A stretch of 63,474 bases of DNA, the filler included, from Octopus bimaculoides (taxonomy: Eukaryota): NCBI RefSeq assembly GCF_001194135.2. It is 5 parts of 5 records of this genome, joined end to end, with 100 filler letters (N's around TTAATTAATTAA, not from the genome) between each part and the next. Parts side by side here need not be neighbours in the genome. Positions count along the whole stretch, not along the records: positions 47,589 to 63,474 come from NC_068990.1; 4 more parts are not named here. The stretch is one strand, 5' to 3'. Below are positions 59,151 to 63,474 of the stretch, piece after piece. A program made the position numbers and the translations under genes. The notes below the pieces were generated by a model. The model was not told the origin of the DNA and searched no databases. It was given only the letters and a program-made list of their open reading frames with translations. Positions within the stretch are counted from its first letter, which is position 1. Every line of letters begins with the position of its first letter.

Positions 59151-61513
59151 TCAGAGAACTAGGAAGTAACAACAACATGCTTTAACCAGCTCAATTTTCG
59201 ATGTGTCCAATGCTATGATCCAGGCGTCGTCTTGTTAGAGAGGGTACTCTACTTTTCCAATCTCCAGCGTAAAGTTTCTAGTACCAAGTCATACAGAAAA
59301 GATGAGTATAGGTATCTATGGCTGACCGAGTGCACGAAGCAAAAGGCCCCTGCTAGGTAGTTGTTTAACAACCAAACTTATGCCACTGTACTTTATAGCG
59401 ATCCAACTTCAGAAGAAAAACTGTAACAATTTTTGCTTAATATAAGCACCAGATAGCCTTGCCTGGGATTGCTTTACGATTTAAACTTATCTAAATTGGT
59501 CAGAGCACCACCAAAGACACATCTAGCAATGCAAGAGCGCGTGTTTCATAGACAGATGCGGCAGAAGTTGCACATATTTGTGCGTCTTCAACTACATTTG
59601 TGACCACAAACACCAACGCTTTTGGCAAGCACCTTTACCAAAATATTTAATAAAATAAATACCGATTAAATATGGGTGTCGATTTTATTAACTAAACAGC
59701 AGCCGGCAAATGTGAAAACTCATGCCCATATTGGATATAAACTATCTGAATACCGAGGATTTGAATATCCAATCTCTAGAGCTTATACATGCATGCACGC
59801 ACGCACACACGCACACACACACACACACACGCACACACACACACACACACACATACACACACACACACACCTACACACACACACATATATATATATTCAT
59901 ACATACGTACATTCATGAATACATGCATATACAGTTTTCTATTTTTCATGCATATATGAATATCACAGGTAGTTCAATATCTCTACCGGATATAACATAT
60001 CTGGATATCTCAGCTGGTTATAGTATATCTGAATATAGCGTGGATTGAATATCTCTATCAGATAATACATCATGTGAATATCCTGGGAACTGGATATTTG
60101 TGTAGGATATTTGATATTTGAATATACAAGTAGCTGACTATTTCTTCGGAGTATTTTCGTATATCCATAATGCAGTATAGCTGCGGTCCATAACAGGATA
60201 TTCTGAATTAACCAGGGAACTCAATATCAAACAAGATATGTATGTGAATGTTTGGAGATTTGAATATCTCAGCGAAACATTCTATTTGCATATCTATGAT
60301 TTTCAATTGCTATCTTGTTAGTACTTTTAAATATCCAGCTCTATGTTTGTTTGTCTATTTTTTTTTTTACTCATAGTGATGATGAGGTGTGTACATTACC
60401 AAAATCAAAAATAGTTTCTGTATCGACACTTATCGATAATAATTACACTTAGTTCAGAGGCATAAAACAGCGAAATTATGAACACTTGGGGATTTGGATG
60501 ACGATGTTGATAGGCTTCAGTACAATTAACTCTGTCGTGGATATAAGTTGGTAGAGAACACTAAATACACCAAGTGGGGCAAAATTAGTAACTTGTGATA
60601 ATTTCCTCCTAACTTGTTTGAAACCCTTACATTGCAAGTATTGCCGCATCATTTTTTAAAGTTGCATCATATTTGGGAGTAAAAAATAGTCGACATGGTT
60701 GTTGAAAATGAAAAAGTTTGAAACATAGTCAGGGGACAGATGATTTTTTTTTCAAGAAATTTTCCCTGGAATTGTCGCGATTGTAACTGAAGTTTCTAAT
60801 AAAACATCTCAATAATTTTTGGTGTTTAACAATCAAAATTCTTTTCTCTGTTGAATTCCAAGTCAAATTTATTCCACACTAATGTTTAATTTGGTTTCAA
60901 TTTTCATAAAATAAATCTAAGTTGAGGTAAAATAAATACTGACTAATTTCAATAAATTTCTTCTCTTTTACTTCATGGTGCGTAAATATATCGGGAGCCA
61001 TTCCAGAAGATCTCAAACAATCTACAGAGAATAATTCGTATTAAGTTTTTAGATTTAGTAGAGTTTCGTTATTTTCATATCAAGTACCATTTTTCCATGA
61101 TCCTCTTTCATTTGACCGAGATTTTTCTAGTTTTTGTTGCATTATCTTTCTGATGGCTACGGATGGATATTAATGTGTGTGAGCCTTTTTTCTCTGATGA
61201 AATTCTGGAGAAATGAAGATGCAAATTTACTTGATTTCTTGCTCATTTTTCCCCGCCTTAATTTGACTTCTGTATCCTCAAAGAGAACGGGGATAATTTT
61301 CTGAAACAATGTTCTGAATATGTCATAGAGCTTCTAGAGAAGGTTATTTGCTTAGCTGGTATAGTTTTTGTAAAGTAATTAACATATGTAAAAAAAAACT
61401 TTTCGCACAATAAGAAATGCAGTAAAAATTATTCATTGTACATCCCACCCCCTTACCGAATAGTGTTTCTATAATATTATTCATCATCATCCTCATTATA
61501 ATTATTATTGTTG

Positions 61514-61564
<51 letters not shown>

Positions 61565-61566
<2 letters not shown>

Positions 61567-62103
61567 GAGTGAGAGAGCAGCACATGTCATCAAAATGACA
61601 CTGAGATACAAATATGCGAAGCCCAGTATATCCACCATGCCATCCCTCTGATGCATCACAACCATATGTGCGCGACATGGGGATCCAATTTCAAGATAAA
61701 CAGCGCATGATCTTACAAAGTTGGGGTCAGTTAGAATTTTCTTCAGGTTGAGTAGCACATCCCGCTCAAAAGGTCCCTGAATAAAGTTTGTTTAAGGATG
61801 ATGAACGAAACATCCATGTTTCCAGAGGTGAATTATTCAAACCCCCAAAAGTTCCTCACAACACATGGCTATGATGCTCCCTCACCACTTCTGCTCATGA
61901 TCGGAGGTGTACATACCGCTAGACGAAAGGACATGCTCAATTGGTTATGGTTAAGCAACAGACGAGCAAATCTGTTGCACTGAGAAAAATATTTGTTGTA
62001 GCCCATTTTTTATACCAAGACAAAACATGTACATGATAACACTTCCAATCATTTAAGATCAGAAGTCATGAGAGACAGTGCCTGGTACTTCATCAAGGGG
62101 CAC
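61565..62103 (-). mobile_element. About 540-bp copy of the 38561/42274 family with a long (TAA)n tail
   Basis: Colinear with 38561-38959 and 42274-42470; tail at about 61497-61566. Confidence 0.85.
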
Positions 62104-63054
62104 AAGGCACACCACCCTAAAAGTAACAACAGCCAGCTATCAAAAAAAGATGTAGGCAATGTCTTGTTAGTCACAGAAGACACTATCTGCGCTGCGATAT
62201 TGGTTTGAATATTGTCATCAAACCTGACAACATCCCTCCTAACTAAATTGGCGTAGTATAGCTTTATAATAATACTTTTAATATCGGCACATGGCAAGCA
62301 ATTAACGGAAAAGGGATTAGTCGATAACACTGTACGTAACTGGTATTGTATTTTATCGACACCTAAAAGATGGAAAATGAAGCAGATGTCGGAGGATAAA
62401 CAGATACAACATAAGGTGATATCTTAAAATAGCTAAATATCTTCTAAGCTTATGTAAAATACTGTCTGTATCACTTACGAATGATGATTTGCGTTATGAA
62501 TCAAAGTGTTTTCCAACAATGAGAAGAAGTTAGATTCATTAATAAATTAATGACACGGTATGAATGGTGTCTTTTGATGAGCTATTGTACAATAAAATAA
62601 TTCTATAAATTTCAATCAAGAAAATGTGTATTAATTAAAGTATATTCGATACAATGTACGGTTATAAAGAACTGTGGTTTCATATATTACATCCAATGTA
62701 CTTATGATTAGGTTTAATTTACACACGTAATATAATATGGGACACGTATATGCATCATAGAATATATAGATTACTGCAGCAAAAAGGAAAGCTGCTAACG
62801 TGTCTGCAATATAACAATCGAACTAGTAGTTGAGAATGCCTTAATTATGCAAATCGATTGATGACCCCTAATGATGACTCTAAGATTATCGGCACAATAT
62901 ATGTAACATGTTGTGGATCATTAGAGATGAGTAACCAGTTGCTCGTGAAATCTTGGTTCTTTTTATTCAGCAACGTTAGGTAGAAATTATATAGATGTAT
63001 TCTGTCGTAAATTATAGTATGGAATACGATTACGACTATCCCATTAGTATTCTT

Positions 63055-63474
63055 ATATATAACTTTGATAGACTTCGGCCAGTATAAGCCCAGGCCATGT
63101 TTAACTTAATAGTACCACGTGGTGAAGTCTTTTAGTCATATAAGGGGCATCGTGGCTCACTCTAGCAAAACAGATATTATTGTTGGAGACATATCCTGGT
63201 GCAGGAGGTTGGTCCGGGATTTTTCGGAGAAAGTTTTCCGGATAACTTTTGAATTTTATGGGATCCATTTCCGTATTTTGACGTATTTTTGGTATGATAT
63301 TAAAGAGGGATGGGCCGGAAGAGGTAAAATAGCTGTGTCGTAATGTTGTTATGTGTCCTCAGTAAGATTTTTGTAGTGGGCGGATAGCACGGGGACCAAG
63401 TCCTATGTGGATTTTAAAATTGATGCCAACATCATTTGTGCAATGTTGATGGAGTATTCTCCAAATATATATAT
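63055..63474 (-). mobile_element. CR1-clade LINE ORF2 C-terminus + short 3' UTR
   Basis: YIWRILHQHCTNDVGINFKIHIGLGPRAIRP...*GHITTLRHSYFTSSGPSLFNIIPK...DPIKFKSYPENFLRKIPDQP (one stop). Confidence 0.75.

Noticed and set aside
61190-61225. CTGATGA...GAAAT motif
   Set aside because: No helix II or III pairing; chance match. The CTGATGA at 37071 (GAT low-complexity tract) and at 42112 (YADD codons) are likewise rejected.
60500-61320. Possible heavily decayed Ty3/gypsy pol on the minus strand
   Set aside because: Faint motif echoes across several frameshifts, with no YxDD or LTRs. It needs an HMM or tBLASTn hit to be supported.

Overview
AT-rich eukaryotic draft-assembly window with about 8.3 kb (roughly 13%) of N gaps and very dense microsatellites. 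The SINE, LINE and MITE content points to a cephalopod (Octopus-like) genome; this is an inference from repeat families, not a database match. There is no complete gene, rRNA, true tRNA or CRISPR array, and almost all long ORFs in the track are microsatellite or N-gap artefacts. Supported content: (i) many copies of three or more tRNA-headed SINE families (labelled A, B, C here); (ii) five relics of R4/Dong-type non-LTR retrotransposons (restriction-like endonuclease, RLE), three of them directly abutting TAA-type repeats, plus RTE, CR1 and L1/Tx1-like fragments; (iii) three mariner relics, a pogo/Tigger relic and four MITEs with TIRs and TSDs; (iv) two candidate coding exons and two promoter-like motif clusters. 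The most interesting signal is a set of about nine minimal type-I hammerhead ribozyme (HHR) motifs that the ORF track does not show. One (9649-9693, minus) has a fully intact core and lies inside a 350-bp-period partial tandem, as expected for a Penelope pseudo-LTR or retrozyme. Another forms the tail of an element with a tRNA-like head (39094-39400). Other notable items are a telomere-like head-to-head foldback (24850-25379), a poly-Val microsatellite expanded in frame inside an RLE active-site motif (58797-58874), and four artificial TTAATTAATTAA scaffold linkers. Coordinates of decayed repeats are approximate.
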